This document shows, piece by piece, positions 48,656 through 60,809 of a DNA stretch of 64,000 bases (positions are counted from its first letter, which is position 1; each line of letters begins with the position of its first letter). The translations under genes and the position numbers were made by a program. This stretch comes from Blastocladiella emersonii ATCC 22665 (Eukaryota > Fungi > Blastocladiomycota): the NCBI GenBank assembly GCA_025594325.1, contig JANHCV010000005.1, forward strand, positions 186,001-250,000, in the 5' to 3' direction. The notes below the pieces were generated by a model. That model was not told where the DNA came from. It did not search any database and was given only the letters and a program-made list of their open reading frames with translations.

Positions 48656-49801
48656 ATGTTCTCCAAGGTCACGGCCACCTTCTACATCCACCTGGCCCCC
48701 AAGTTCGTGGGGTCGCCCATGCGCGGCGTCGAGGACCACCTCAACCACATGCTGCTCCGGTAACTATCATCTCTCGATGCCGGTTCCACCCGGATGGTGC
48801 TGCGGAGCCGCTCGCTCACCCGCCTCCGCCGTCGTAGCTTCAGCGACAAGGTCGGCGGCGTCGTGCTGTCGTACAGCAACGTCGAGTTCCTGACGGACCG
48901 CGCGCCGATCCTCTACGACTCGCCCTTCATGCACTTCCACATCTCGGCCGACCTGCTCGTCTTTGCGCCCAAGGTCGGCTCGACGATCCGTACGTCGTCT
49001 GGCCCGCTGATTCGGTTCGCCCGCACCCAACTCACCCTCTTTATCGGTGTAGGCGGTGTCGTCAACAAGCAGTCGCCGACGCACATCGGTCTGTTGGTCT
49101 TCAACCTGTTCAACGTGTCGATCGCGACCGCCGACATCCCGTCGGACGTGTTCGCCTTCCACGCCGACGAGTCGGCCGCTGCGCCCGCCGCCGCCGCTGA
49201 GCACGAGTACCCCGGCAAGCGCCATCGCCGCGGTCCCGGCGGCGCCGCTGCGGCCGCCGCCGCCCTCGCCGGCAACTGGGTGCACACCGAGTCGGACGTG
49301 CTGATCGAGGTCGGCACCGAGCTCGAGTTTGCCGTGACCGAGGTCCTCAAGTCGCACGACTTCGTCAACATCAAGGGCTCGCTCGTCGACGTGCCCTTCA
49401 CCCCCGCCGCCGGCGCGCGTACCCACGCCGAGTTCACGGCCGCTAACGCCGCTGCGGCTGCGGCGACCGCGACGTTCGACGGCGCCGCCTCGGCGGCTGC
49501 GTCGACGCTCATCACGTTCGGCGACGATGACGAGGAGGAGCAGCCGCAGCAGGAGGCCGAGGAGGCCGAGGCCGCGGTCGAGGAGGAGTCCAAGGCCGAC
49601 GAGGCCGAGGAGGAGGAGGCACCAAAGCGCAAGCGCAAGCGTTCCGCCGACGCCGAGGCCGAGGCCGAGCCCGCGGCGGCCGCCGCGGAAGAGGAGACCT
49701 CGTCCAAGAAGTCCAAGAAGAGCTCCAAGAAGGAGAAGAGCGCCAAGAAGTCGTCCTCGGACGAGAAGGCGACCAAGAAGCGGAAAAAGTCGGCCGAGTA
49801 A
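48656..49801 (+). CDS. RPA43: RNA polymerase I subunit A43
   Basis: YIHLAPKFVG...GVEDHLNHMLLR-FSDKVGGVVLSY...ILYDSPF...VFAPKVG...QSPTHIGLLV, with a Lys/Glu-rich tail. Two introns. Confidence 0.9.
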
Positions 49802-49932
49802 CTGACGGACCGTCTGCTTGCTCCCTCCCACCCTCACACGCTTGTTCGCGCAGCGGACGAGTATAAGTATATACGATAGTTCTGTTTCTCTCCATCGGTC
49901 GCGTTTCTGTACAGGTTCCCCTCCGTGGCCGT

Positions 49933-51043
49933 TTACGTGAAGGACGCGGACTCGATGCCCTTCTTGATCTTGAGCAGGATCGACGTCTTCCACGCGTCGA
50001 GCTTGGTCAGCTTGTCGTACTCGACGACAAAGCCCGTGAAGGCGTCCGCGTCGCCCGCCTCGAGCGTGTCGAGCAGGTTCTGCAGGAAGATGCACTCGCG
50101 CTGCGTCGCAAACGTCACGTCCAGGTCGCAGTACCGCTCGATGGCCTGGCGCGCGCCGACGTGGTCCTAGATGTTGGGAGAGGGTGAGCGATGGTCGTTG
50201 AGAATGCGAGCGAGGAAAGTACCTCGGCGGCGAGGTGGCACAGACCCGCCTTGAGCAGGTACTCCTTGACGCTCCACTTGGTCAGCGAGTTGTCCATGCT
50301 GGACGCGGCAATCTTCTCGAACAGCTCGACGGCCTTGGGGAACTGCTCGAGCTGCGCCGCGAACGTGGCCACCTTGAGCAGGCACCCGTTGGCGAGGCTA
50401 CACACGCGCGGCGAGTGAGATGCCAGCCGCATGCACGATCGACGCGAGATTGAACGTACGCCGACGCCTCCTCGCCCTGGAACCACTCGGCGGCCGTCTC
50501 GTAGGCGGCCATGGCCTTCTCGAGGTCAACGAGGTCCGACTCGTAGATCTCGGCAATCGTCTTCTGGTGCTTGGCGGCCATCTGGAACCGGCCGCGCTCC
50601 GTCAGGATGTCGATGGCCTGCTTGAGCGCGTTGATGGCGTCTACACGACGCGTTGCCGACCGTGTTAGCGAGGGTTGCGCCAGGGTGCACGCAAGACAGC
50701 GTACCGCGCGGGTCCACCTTCTTGTACGCGTTGGCCGCGTCAATGAACCGCGACGCGGCCTCGTCGCGCTCGCCGAGCCGCAGCTGCATGTCGGCGGCCT
50801 GCGAGAAGGCGTCGCCGGCCTCCTTCCCTACATCGACAGCGGTTCAACGACGGGTGCGAGACACGCGCAACACGGCATCGGCATACACTTCTTGCCGAGC
50901 TTGTACTGGTTCGCGGCCTTGGTGAAGAGCTCCTCGGCCTCCTCGTGCTTGTTGCCGCCGAACAGGCTCGAGAACACGCCCGCGTTCAGCTTCTTGTTGG
51001 CCTTCTCCATGAGGAGCTCGGCCTCGGCGATTGCGGCGGCCAT
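49933..51043 (-). CDS. SEC17: Alpha-SNAP
   Basis: [36 protein letters not shown] and [19 protein letters not shown]. Four introns. Confidence 0.95.
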
Positions 51044-51683
51044 GGTTACGGGTGGGGTTGGTTGCTCGGAGTGGGTGCTCGCGGCGTTGCGCGAGGTCGT
51101 TGATTCGTTGCACAGACTGGAGCTCAAGGGGAGTGAGGGAAAGCGCAGGAGCGGGTGTTGACCACCTCGCCGAGCAAAGGCGACCGACGCCCGCGCCGCG
51201 GCGGCGCACGCGTTTGTGGCGCCGGCTCGCGATAATATACCATCACGTGTGGGTCCCTTATAGCAGGAGACACTCGGAGGCCGGCGAGGCGAGGAGAGCA
51301 AGGAGGATTTCTCATTAATGACGTGACTATTACGCAGGGGCCGTGTATCAGGGCGAGCGAGCGGCGGCCGAGAGACGGACGGTTGAAGGGGGAGGTGATT
51401 AGAGTGTATTTCGCGGTTAAGGATAGGGGTTACGGGAGACGAAGATGATGGGCGACGATGAGTAGAGGAGGAGAGTGGGTGAGGTAGGGTAGAGGGACAT
51501 GTGGTACAGGACCGCGCCCGCGCCCGCGGCGCGCCGTGTCTACTCGCGCACGCGATGACCCTGACGTGAGAAGGCGGTTCGACAGCGACGACGACGACGA
51601 GAAGCAAACAAATTGACATTACAAACCTAGTGGGACAGACACAAACCGCCGGGCGCGGGCGCGCGGCGCGAGACGGGTCGAGC

Positions 51684-52069
51684 TTACTGCTCGGCCTCCG
51701 ACTCCTCGAGGAGCGCGCGCCAGTGGCCGCCGACAATCGGGATGTTCTGGAGCACGTCGCGGCGGATCATGGGGATCTTCTCGGCCATGTAGAGGAGGCC
51801 GACGCCGGCAACACCACCCCAGAGGGCGAGGGTGGGGGTCCTGGGCGTGGCGCAATGCGGGCCGAGGCGGGCGGGGCGCAGCAGGAGCAGCGAGGCGGTG
51901 GTTGATAGCATGGTGTTGATTACATGGTGGGAGTCGGTTCGAGTATACATGGCAGTGTCCGGTCAGCAGCGGTCCGGCACGAGGAGGTCGCGGGCAGCAC
52001 GCACCACTGCGCGAGGCGCTTGACGCCAAAGCCAGAGACGTGGAGACCGGGCTGGAGCTGGGGACGCAT
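51684..52069 (-). CDS. QCR10: Cytochrome b-c1 complex subunit 10
   Basis: Spliced MRPQLQPGLHVSGFGVKRLAQW-TPTLALWGGVAGVGLLYMAEKIPMIRRDVLQNIPIVG. Confidence 0.8.
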
Positions 52070-52362
52070 GGTGATGGAGTGCAGGGAGTCGCTAGCGTTC
52101 GGGACGAGTGCGAGGTCGAAGTCGGCGAGTGGGCCGATAGTCGTTGACGATGGCGGCGGCGGCGGCCGAGCGCAGCGCCAGCCGATTTTGAGTGTTTGGC
52201 GGCGGTCACCTGCCCGGCGGGAGACAATCCGGATGCTTTTCGCGATACCGCCGCGCGCCGCGTATTACGCGGAATATCACGCGAAATGTATCCCACCCGC
52301 AGGGGAGACCGCGGTTCTATAACCTGGGGCATTCTCTCCTCTCTCGCACAAGCATACGCGAA

Positions 52363-53504
52363 ATGGCGAACATGAAGCAGAAGCAGAAGCAGTCCACGAC
52401 GGCCAACCCGGCCACGGCCACGGCCACGGCCACGGTTACGGCCGCTCCATCGCGCGAGTCGACGCGCGGGCAGGGCAAGGTGCTCAACCTGGTGATGCTC
52501 GCCGTGTTCCTGGCGTGCGCCATGCCCATGCTCCGGTCGGCCGCGGGCGTTGATCTGGTCCCGAACGGGCAGGGCGTGTTTGTGCTGCAGGCCACGGCGG
52601 CCAAGGGCAGCCTCGTCCGCCGCCAGGGTACGGGTGCTGCCGATGGAACGCGGGATCGAGTGCTGATATTGGTGTGCGCGTAGCGTCCTCGTCGACGGCC
52701 TCATCCTCGTCGTCGACGACGGCGACGAGCGCTAGTTCGAGCGCGAGTTCGAGCGGGACCACGACGGCGGCCACGGCCACGGGCACCGCGAACGGCAGTG
52801 CTTCCGCCTCGAGCGGCGGCGGCAGCAACACCAACAACCCGGCGCCGACGAACGTGAGCGTCAACGGGACCGTAACGGGCAGCACGAACGGCACGGCGGC
52901 CAACGGCACGGCGACCGCGGGCGGGAACAGCACGATCCCGTCGGGCAGCGGTGTGGTGGGCGACAACCAGGACGACCTGGTGATCGACCCGCTGACACCG
53001 GCGGGGACGGCGACGTTCCTGGTGCCGGTGACGTACGCGAGCGTGCAGGACATGACCATCTTCCCGATCGGCGAGGTGATGCGGGTGCAGTGGGCGTTCC
53101 AGAACCTGGCGCTGCCGCCCAAGCTGATCACGGTGCAGGTCAACAACCCGGCGCAGGCCAAGAAGCTGACGGGGTCGACGCTCAAGAAGCCCGAGGACCG
53201 GTGGCAGCCCGTCGCCGTCAACATCTCGGGCACGGCGACCAGCGTCAACTGGACCGTCAACGTGCCCGACGGGCAGGGGTACCAGCTGCGCCTGTTCGAC
53301 AGCGACGTCGGGCCCGCGCTCGTCGGCAAGCCCGGTCGCCTCGCCATGTCCACGTCGTCCAAGTTCAACGTGTACCTCGGCGGACGCGACTCGTCCTTCG
53401 CCTACACGCACGCCGCCGCGCCCAAGGGGATCGGGGCCGCGGCCGGCGCAGCGATCGCCGCGGCGCTCACGGCGGCCGGCATGGCGGCGGTCCACTTGCT
53501 CTGA
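52363..53504 (+). CDS. Ser/Thr-rich, probably GPI-anchored surface protein with an Ig-like (Kre9/Knh1-type) domain
   Basis: Hydrophobic signal, S/T/N linker, beta-rich domain (IGEVMRVQW...VNWTV...YQLRLFD) and hydrophobic C-terminus. One intron at ~52629-52683. Confidence 0.7.
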
Positions 53505-54083
53505 AGACTGCATGGTGTGTGTGAGCCCTGATGGCGATGATGATTCCCTGGCATAAACCGTCTCCGTGTGTGCTGGCTGGAAGGAGGGGGAGAGAGGGCG
53601 AGCGGGGTCGCGGCGCGGCAGATCTCCTCCGCCACGGTCGCGGCGCACGTGAGGGCGCGAACGTGGCGCCATGCGTGTGGTCCATGGTGCATGGCGGTGG
53701 CGGCGGCGGCGGCGAGAAGAAGAAGAGCGGCGAGCGCGAGACATGGGCGTCTCGCGAAGGCGACCAACCGTGACCGTGGCGACCGACGCCCTCCGCGGCC
53801 GTCTTCTTCTCCTCCTCCCCTCTCCTCCCGCGCCGTGAACGGTCGTCCGTGCCCCGCACCCACTGCTACGCATCGAGTCCCACGCAAGCCTGCCCGCGCA
53901 ACTACTTGCTGGCGTGGCATTTGTCGCCGCCCGTTCTTCTTGCACCTTCTGTCCCGGCGCGTCCGTCCCCCGACTCGGAGACCGCCGCCAACGCCAACGC
54001 CAGCGCCGACGCCAAGCGTTTCATCGTCACACGCAAGCACGCAACCTAGTCCAGCGCCACCGACCCCCCACCCAGCACCCGCC

Positions 54084-55211
54084 ATGGCTCTCTTCCCGAC
54101 CACGCCGCACGACATCAGCGTGTACGCCGTGACGCAGCACCTCGCCGTGTGCCCCGCGCCCGTCTCGATCGTGAGCGACGACTGGCACTGGCGCATGGGC
54201 CTGTCGTCCGCTGCCGCATTCGCGCCCGCCGTGTCCTCGTCCTCCAGCATGTTCCCGCCGCCGCCGTCCCCGCCGCCACCCGCGCGCGACCCGCTCGCTG
54301 CCGCTGCCGCTTCGCCCATCTGCCTCGGCGGCGGGCGGCACGCCGGCGCGCGGCTCGCCGAGTCGCTCGCGGCACGGAAACAACAGCAGACTGCCCCCGC
54401 GCCCGCACTTCCGCGGTACCGGTACCTGACGCCGCCGGCGATCGCGTGGCTCGACCCGTCGTCGCTGATCCCGCACGAGCCGACGTCGCCCGCGCACCTA
54501 GCGCGGCTCGTCGAGTACCTTCGCTCGCTCGACGCCGCGGCGCTGCTGCCGACCATCATCGTCACGCGCACCGCGCCGCACGTCATCCTCGACGGGCACC
54601 ACCGGTGGCAGGCGAGTCTCGCGCTCGGGATCCCGCGCGTGCCGTGCTGGGTCGTCGACGACACCGAGGCCGATGCGCCCGGAAACCCGCCGGCCCTGCT
54701 CCCCGTGCCCGCGTCGCAGTTCCTCAACGCCTCGCGCATCCACACGCTGTCGAACGGCGCCGGCGTCGCGGGCGCGTACACGGACGCGTACGAGTACTAC
54801 CGCGTGCGCGTCTACGACACGCGCAACTTCAGCGTGCTCCGGATCCGCGACATTGCGGCGCGCGCCCGCGCCGCGTGGGCCGCACACCGCGCGGATCCGG
54901 TCGCCGCGGTCGGGTTCGGCGTCAAGGGCACCAAGCACGTCGCGATCCGCGTGCCGGGGGCTGCTGGCGCGCCTGCGGTCCCTGCTGATGCGCTCGAGGG
55001 CGAGGAGGAGGCCGAGGAGGAGGTGCGCCTCGAAAAGGTCGCGCCGCTCGTCGAGTGGGGCCTGTGGCGGCGCGCCGGCGAGTCGTACACGGTCCCGGCG
55101 CCCGGCGGCGAGTCCGCCGACGTCGCCCGCGCACGGCCCAGCTTGCCGCTCGGCGAGGCCGGCGTGTCGCTCGTCGGATCGCGCGCTGCTGCCGCTGCTG
55201 CTGCGTCCTAG
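54084..55211 (+). CDS. ParB/Sulfiredoxin-fold protein, SerK/SbnI-like
   Basis: LIPHE...PTIIV...VILDGHHRWQASLALGIPRVPCWVVD...FGVKGTKHV. Confidence 0.8.
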   Translation: MALFPTTPHDISVYAVTQHLAVCPAPVSIVSDDWHWRMGLSSAAAFAPAVSSSSSMFPPPPSPPPPARDPLAAAAASPICLGGGRHAGARLAESLAARKQQQTAPAPALPRYRYLTPPAIAWLDPSSLIPHEPTSPAHLARLVEYLRSLDAAALLPTIIVTRTAPHVILDGHHRWQASLALGIPRVPCWVVDDTEADAPGNPPALLPVPASQFLNASRIHTLSNGAGVAGAYTDAYEYYRVRVYDTRNFSVLRIRDIAARARAAWAAHRADPVAAVGFGVKGTKHVAIRVPGAAGAPAVPADALEGEEEAEEEVRLEKVAPLVEWGLWRRAGESYTVPAPGGESADVARARPSLPLGEAGVSLVGSRAAAAAAAS

Positions 55212-55410
55212 TTTCTCAGATGTCGCTACTACTACTACCTTACCCACACATAGATTCATTCATTCACTGCTAGCGCGCCGTGTATGAGAGAAGGAGATGC
55301 AGTCACACTGGGAGGGATGGGATCGGGATGGTACAGAAAGGGATGAGGAACACGCGGAGGAGGGAGAGGTACAACGACAAAAACACACACAAGTCAACGA
55401 CACTCTTCGG

Positions 55411-58400
55411 TCAGGCCATCACGGCCTCCTGCTCCACGACCGCGGCCGACGCCAAGGCCGAGGCGCCGAGGAGCGGCGACGTGGCACGCGTCGCGTCCTC
55501 GTCGTCCTCATCCTCGTCCACCTCCATCGGCGGCGGCGGCGGCATTGCGAGCTCCTGCGGCTGCTGAGGCGGCGGCGAAGGCGAAGGAGCAGGCGCCGAC
55601 GCCACGGGCACGCGGTACCCGCCCGGCTGCTGCACGTACACGACGCGCCCCGGCGCGGCAGCCTGGGGCGCCAGCGCAGCGAGCGCGGCCGCGGCAGAGT
55701 CGACGGACGGGGCGGCGGCGGCCGGTGGTGGTGCGCTGGTCGTGGTAGCGGGGGGCGCGGAACCAGCGCGCGACACGGGGACGGGGAGACCCGTCGCGTC
55801 GTACGCCTGGTGCGAGAAGGCGGGCGCGGGCGCGGGCGCCTCCTGCGGCAGCTGCCGCTGCTCATGGTGGTGCTGCTGCTGGTACTGCGGCTGCTGGTAC
55901 TGATGCTGTGATGGGTGGTGATGATGCTGCGGCGGGAGCTGGTGCTGCTGCGACTGATGCGGGTGGTGCTCCATGGGCTGGGACGCAGCAGGCGGGCGCG
56001 CGGCCTTGCGCGCGTTCGCGGCCGCGAGCGACGCGGCGGCGGAGGGCGAGAGGTACAGCGGCGGCATGCCCGCGCTTGTCGCGGGCAGGATGACGGCGCC
56101 GGGCGCGGTAGACGAGTTGATGTGGTTGTGCTGCGGCTGCGGCTGATGCTGATGCGGCTGCTGCGGCGGCGGGGGCTGCGGGATATGCGCGGGCGCGCCG
56201 GGCGCGTTGACGACGGTGGCCGCACCGGCCGCGACATCGAGAGCAGCCGCGGCAGCCGCGGCCATGCTGCACGTGAACTCGTGGCGCGAGAGCGCGTCCT
56301 GGCGCGAGAAGGCCGACTCGCAGCGGGCGCAGATGAAGGGTCGGTCGTTGGTGTGGATGCGCTCGTGGCGCAGGCAGTCCTGCTTGCGGGCAAACGCCTT
56401 GGTGCAGTGGCGGCACACAAACGGCTTCTCGGACGTGTGCGTCTTGAGGTGCGACTTGAGGTTGTAGGCGCGCGAAAACTGCTTGCCGCAGGTCGGGCAC
56501 GGGTACTCGCGCCCGCCGTTCTCGGTCGCCACCGGGTGGATCACCTTGCCGTCGACCGTGATCGAGTTGCCCGCGCCCGTGTTCACCACGGTCGTCGTCG
56601 CCGCCGCCATGGCCTGCACAAACGACGCCGTCGCAGCTGCCACGGCCGGACTGTCCGTCGGCTCTTGCTTGAGGTTAACCGCGGCAGACGCAGCGGCAGC
56701 GGCAGCCGTGGCATTGGCAACCGCAGCGGTGGCGGGCGACGCCTGGGCGGTGGACGTCGCATCGCCGCTCGACACGGCAGGCGATGCGCCCGCCTCGCTC
56801 GACGCCGGCGTGGCGATCGCAGCCCCAGCGCCAGTCCCGGCGCCCGACCCGCTGCTGGCGTCGTCCACCTCGACGTGCCCGCCAGTCACGGCGGCGTGCA
56901 TCGGGATCGGGCCGGGGACGCCCGGGATGTAGACGAGCCCGCGCTTGACGGCCTCGCGCTGCTTCTGCGACATGTAGACGCGCTTGCGGGCGAGCGACGG
57001 GATCGCGATCGTGGCCGGGGTGCCGGGCGACGACCCGCCGGCCGAAGAAGGCGCAGTCCTGCGCCGGCGCGCTGGCGCGCGTTGCTGGTGCTGCTGCTGC
57101 TGCGTCGCGGCGGCGGCCGGCTGCGCGTTGGCGAGCGACGACAGGACCGACGCGGCGGCCTCGGCGGACGCACCACTGGACTCGTTGTTGGCCGGCGGCG
57201 GCGGCGGGGGAGGCGACGGATCGCCGTTACCGCCCGCGGGGTGGCGCCCGCGCAGGTGCGGCGGGTACGAGTAGGCGTGCGGCGGCGGGGGCAGGTCGTC
57301 CGGGTACGCGTAGTAGTCGGCGGGGTGCGGGTGCGAGTAGCGCGCGTGCGGGTGCGGGTGCGGCGGCATCGGGTAGCCCGGGTGAGGGTGGTAGTGGTGC
57401 GGCGGCATGGGCGGGGGCGGCGGGGGCGGGCCGTGGTGGCGGTAGTAGTCGGGGTGGTCGGGCGGCGGCGGCGGGTAGTCGAGGAACTCGGGGTACTCGG
57501 CGGGCGGCGCGGGCGGGCTGCCGGACCCCGACCGCGGCGCGCCCGCACCGTTCGCACCGTTCGCACCAGCACCATTACCGGGCGGCGGCGGGGGCGGCAG
57601 GTAGTCGGGGTGGTAGTGCGGCGGCGGCGGGGGCAGGCGGGCGTGCGGGTGCGGCGGGCGGTCGCGGTAGTAGATGTGGTACGGGTAGGGGTGGCGCAGG
57701 TGCGGCGGCGGGAGGCCGTGCAGGTGCGCGTAGTACTCTTCGTGGTACCGGGCGTGGTACGCGGCGGTCGACGCGGCCGAGGCGGCGGCGGCACCGCGCG
57801 GCGGCGGGGGAGGCGGCGGGTATGGGTACGGCCAGTGCTCGAGCTCGGCGTCAGCCTCGGCCTCGTCGCCCGACGCACCACCCTTGGCGGCAGCGGCGGC
57901 GGGGTCCTTCGCGGAATCCGCGTCACCGTCGGCAGCCTCGGGCGAGGCGCGCAGACTCACGTTCTTGGGGGCGGGCCCGATGGGCGAGTTGAGGGCGACG
58001 GCGGGCGAGTTCTCGGCGGACGGCACGATCGAGAACTCATGCACGAGCTCCTCGGGCGGCGGCGCGTCCTCGTCGCCGTCGTCCTTGGGCGAGGCGGGCG
58101 CGGACGGGCGGCGGGGCGCCTTGGTCGAGTTGAGGCGCTGGCGCTTGGGCGCGGGCGGCTGGACGCCGGCGGGCGGCGACGGGAGCGAGGCGGCGATCTC
58201 GCCGCTACCGGGTGCGGGCTCAGCGCCGTCGTCGGCGGGCCGGCGCGTAGGCGGCGCAAGCCGGACGGATCCCGAAGCGGCGCGCGCCGTAGCCGCCGAC
58301 CCCGTACGGGAACGCGGGCGAGAAGATGACGTGGGCGGGCTCGAGACGCGGCTCTGCGGGCCCGAGGGCGGCGGCGAGGGCGGCGAGTACCAGGCGGGCG

Positions 58401-58929
58401 GCGGGTGGGCCATGACCATCATGGGGTGCATGCGGCGCGCGCGGTACGCGGCGAGCATGTCGGGCGACCCGTACCCCGTGGCGGCGGCGGCCGCGGCGGC
58501 AGCAGCAGCCGCAGCAGCAGCAGCAGCAGCGGCGCGGCGCGCACGGTGGGCGGCATTGATGATGAGCGGCGAGGGGACGACGGGCGACTCGGGGACCCAG
58601 CCGTCGGCGGGCGCGTCCACCTCCCACGGCGGCACGTAGTCGGCGGGGTGGCCCGGTGGTGGCGGTGGCGGGACCGGGTAGGCGCCGGGCGCGACGGCGG
58701 CAGGCGGGCCCATGTGTGCGGCAGCGGCGGCAGGTCGTGGTGGAGGCGGGACGAGCGGTAGTGGAGCAGCGAGGGCGGCCGGCGGCGACGCGATGGTTGT
58801 CGTGGGCGGGCTCGGCGACGGCATGTGGGACTGGGACTGTGCGGGCTCTGCCTTGACCTTGACGGGGGCGGGCGAGGCCGAGGCCGACTCGCGCTGGTCG
58901 GACGATGCTACAGGACGCGGATGGCTCAA
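55411..58929 (-). CDS. C2H2 zinc-finger transcription factor, Crz1-like fingers
   Basis: CPTCGKQFSRAYNLKSHLKTH-TSEKPFVCRHCTKAFARKQDCLRHERIH-...CARCESAFSRQDALSRH at ~56270-56510, within P/A/Q/H-rich sequence. The start could be further upstream. Confidence 0.85.
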   Translation of the reverse strand: MSHPRPVASSDQRESASASPAPVKVKAEPAQSQSHMPSPSPPTTTIASPPAALAAPLPLVPPPPRPAAAAAHMGPPAAVAPGAYPVPPPPPPGHPADYVPPWEVDAPADGWVPESPVVPSPLIINAAHRARRAAAAAAAAAAAAAAAAAATGYGSPDMLAAYRARRMHPMMVMAHPPPAWYSPPSPPPSGPQSRVSSPPTSSSRPRSRTGSAATARAASGSVRLAPPTRRPADDGAEPAPGSGEIAASLPSPPAGVQPPAPKRQRLNSTKAPRRPSAPASPKDDGDEDAPPPEELVHEFSIVPSAENSPAVALNSPIGPAPKNVSLRASPEAADGDADSAKDPAAAAAKGGASGDEAEADAELEHWPYPYPPPPPPPRGAAAASAASTAAYHARYHEEYYAHLHGLPPPHLRHPYPYHIYYRDRPPHPHARLPPPPPHYHPDYLPPPPPPGNGAGANGANGAGAPRSGSGSPPAPPAEYPEFLDYPPPPPDHPDYYRHHGPPPPPPPMPPHHYHPHPGYPMPPHPHPHARYSHPHPADYYAYPDDLPPPPHAYSYPPHLRGRHPAGGNGDPSPPPPPPPANNESSGASAEAAASVLSSLANAQPAAAATQQQQHQQRAPARRRRTAPSSAGGSSPGTPATIAIPSLARKRVYMSQKQREAVKRGLVYIPGVPGPIPMHAAVTGGHVEVDDASSGSGAGTGAGAAIATPASSEAGASPAVSSGDATSTAQASPATAAVANATAAAAAASAAVNLKQEPTDSPAVAAATASFVQAMAAATTTVVNTGAGNSITVDGKVIHPVATENGGREYPCPTCGKQFSRAYNLKSHLKTHTSEKPFVCRHCTKAFARKQDCLRHERIHTNDRPFICARCESAFSRQDALSRHEFTCSMAAAAAAALDVAAGAATVVNAPGAPAHIPQPPPPQQPHQHQPQPQHNHINSSTAPGAVILPATSAGMPPLYLSPSAAASLAAANARKAARPPAASQPMEHHPHQSQQHQLPPQHHHHPSQHQYQQPQYQQQHHHEQRQLPQEAPAPAPAFSHQAYDATGLPVPVSRAGSAPPATTTSAPPPAAAAPSVDSAAAALAALAPQAAAPGRVVYVQQPGGYRVPVASAPAPSPSPPPQQPQELAMPPPPPMEVDEDEDDEDATRATSPLLGASALASAAVVEQEAVMA

Positions 58930-60809
58930 GAGTCAGGACACTGCTGCGCCACCACGGACAGACGCGCGCGGGAGACACGCGTTTCGGGGATGGGTCTGGA
59001 GCCGGCGGCGACGCGACGCGCGTGAAAATGCGCTCGGAGCGACACGCGAGGCAGGAGCCAGCGCCAAGGGTGGGAAGCGGGCGGGATGGGACGGCGGAGT
59101 GGAGTGAGGCGCAGCACCCGGACCCGAGGCGAGGCACGCGTGCGCAGCAGCGCAGAGCCACCCACGGGCCGAGCCACCCAACCCGCAAAGCATCCCGGCC
59201 CACACCCGAAACCCGAAACGGCCACATCAACACGGGGCTCTTGCCGACGGCGACGCTGCAACCCCCGCACACGCTGACAAGGCGAGATGGCGTACCGTTG
59301 GCGACCATGGCGAGCACGAGCAGCGGATCCTGGGCGTCGTCCTGCGGCGGCGAGCCGGGTTGCGGCGACGGCGACATGGTTGCTGGGGGTGGGCGGCGAG
59401 ACGGACTCGATGGCTGGACCGGGCACTGCGGCGCCGTGGACGGGTGGGCGAATGCAGCGAGTGCGTGAGTGTGGGGTGCCGGCGTGGCGGAGAGAGGGCA
59501 GAGGGGAGGAGAGCGGTGGGAAGGCGGGCGAAGGGTGCCCGCGGCGATGAGGCGCAGGCGCCCGCGGCCCACCTGCATCATCACCGCCCTGCCTGCACCA
59601 GCACCCGCGTCTGTCTGTGTCGGTGTCTGCGTCTGCACGGCACTACGACACTGCTGAGAACACATCTCGTACCGCCGAGTGGCTTGAAGCACCTTGACCC
59701 TCGTCTTCGCGGCGACTGCGACGGGAGGGGCTCGCAAGAACGGTGTGGCTCAGCGGAGGGTGGGAGGGGTGGGAGATCGAGTCGACGCGACGGGCGGACG
59801 AGGTCGGCGCGGGGGGAGAGGCTCAGCTCGCGCAGCAGCCGCGCACGGGGACGGAGACGCGTGTTCGCCGTGGGGGGTGGCGAGGGCGGCGCGAGGGAGA
59901 CGCGCGAGAGGGAGACGGGCGGACGGACGGACGAACAGACGCACACTAGAAGCAACGCGCGATCGAGTCGGGCAACGCTCGGCGAGGGAGAGAGCGAGCG
60001 AGCGGGACGGCCGAAAATGTCGAAGGGAAGGGGGCGGCGGCGGGCAGCGGCAGCAGCGTGCGCGCGAGCAACCGCGCCCTTCGCCCCTGCCTTCGACTGC
60101 ACCACCCAACCCAACCCAACCCAGTTCGCTGCATCGCCGTGCTTGATTTGGCCTTGATCATAGCCGCGTCGCGCACCTCGCCTGTCGTTCGCACCGCGGC
60201 GCTTCCGCTGCCGCCCCGCTGGCGCGCGTGGACGTCCAACTTCGCCACCGTCGCGCCACCCCATCGCAATCGACTCCCACTTGCCCACCGCCGCCCCTGG
60301 AACTCTGTTGGTCTCCGCTGCGGTGGACCTCAGGTCGCGTCGCGTCGTCCTCGTCTGCATGATCGAAGCTTTGCTGCCATCATCGCCGAGGCCGGCGAGC
60401 GACGCGTGGCCCACGACGCACGGGCGGCCAGCCGAGCCACTCGAGAGGTGCCACACTCGCCCTCGCGCGTTCCCGCGCGTTCCCACGGCCGCCGCCGCCG
60501 CAACCACGACCGTGCACGCGAACTGAGCGCCCCCACCACCGCGCCACGTTGCCGTGCCCGCGTGCATGGTCGCTCCCACCATCTCGGGGCTCGGCGGCGG
60601 CCGGCAGAAGGCGGCGCGCCGAGCGTGGGAACCGCGCCTCACCTGACGCGCGAGATGAGCCACTCGCGTGAGCGAATGCGCGTGTTCGCGGCCGGTGCGC
60701 CACCCGCGTGACCCACGCGCTGAGCTTGCGACGCGCTACGCCGCCCGTCCTCTCCGCTCGTTAAAGTCAAGTTGGAAAACGCGCAATCGTGTGTATTCAT
60801 CCCGAAACC

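Noticed and set aside
48387-48656. Divergent gene pairs (UMP1/micro-ORF, CWC23/RPA43, QCR10/GPI protein, MYG1/ceramidase) as a functional cluster
   Set aside because: Expected in a compact genome; no shared pathway or common motif seen.
54084-55211. Sulfiredoxin, or a plasmid/prophage parB
   Set aside because: No catalytic Cys motif, no HTH, no parA, and no plasmid or phage genes nearby.
58480-58540. GCA/GCG triplet runs and similar microsatellites (also 24640-24665, 52405-52440)
   Set aside because: Ordinary coding poly-Ala and Thr-Ala tracts.
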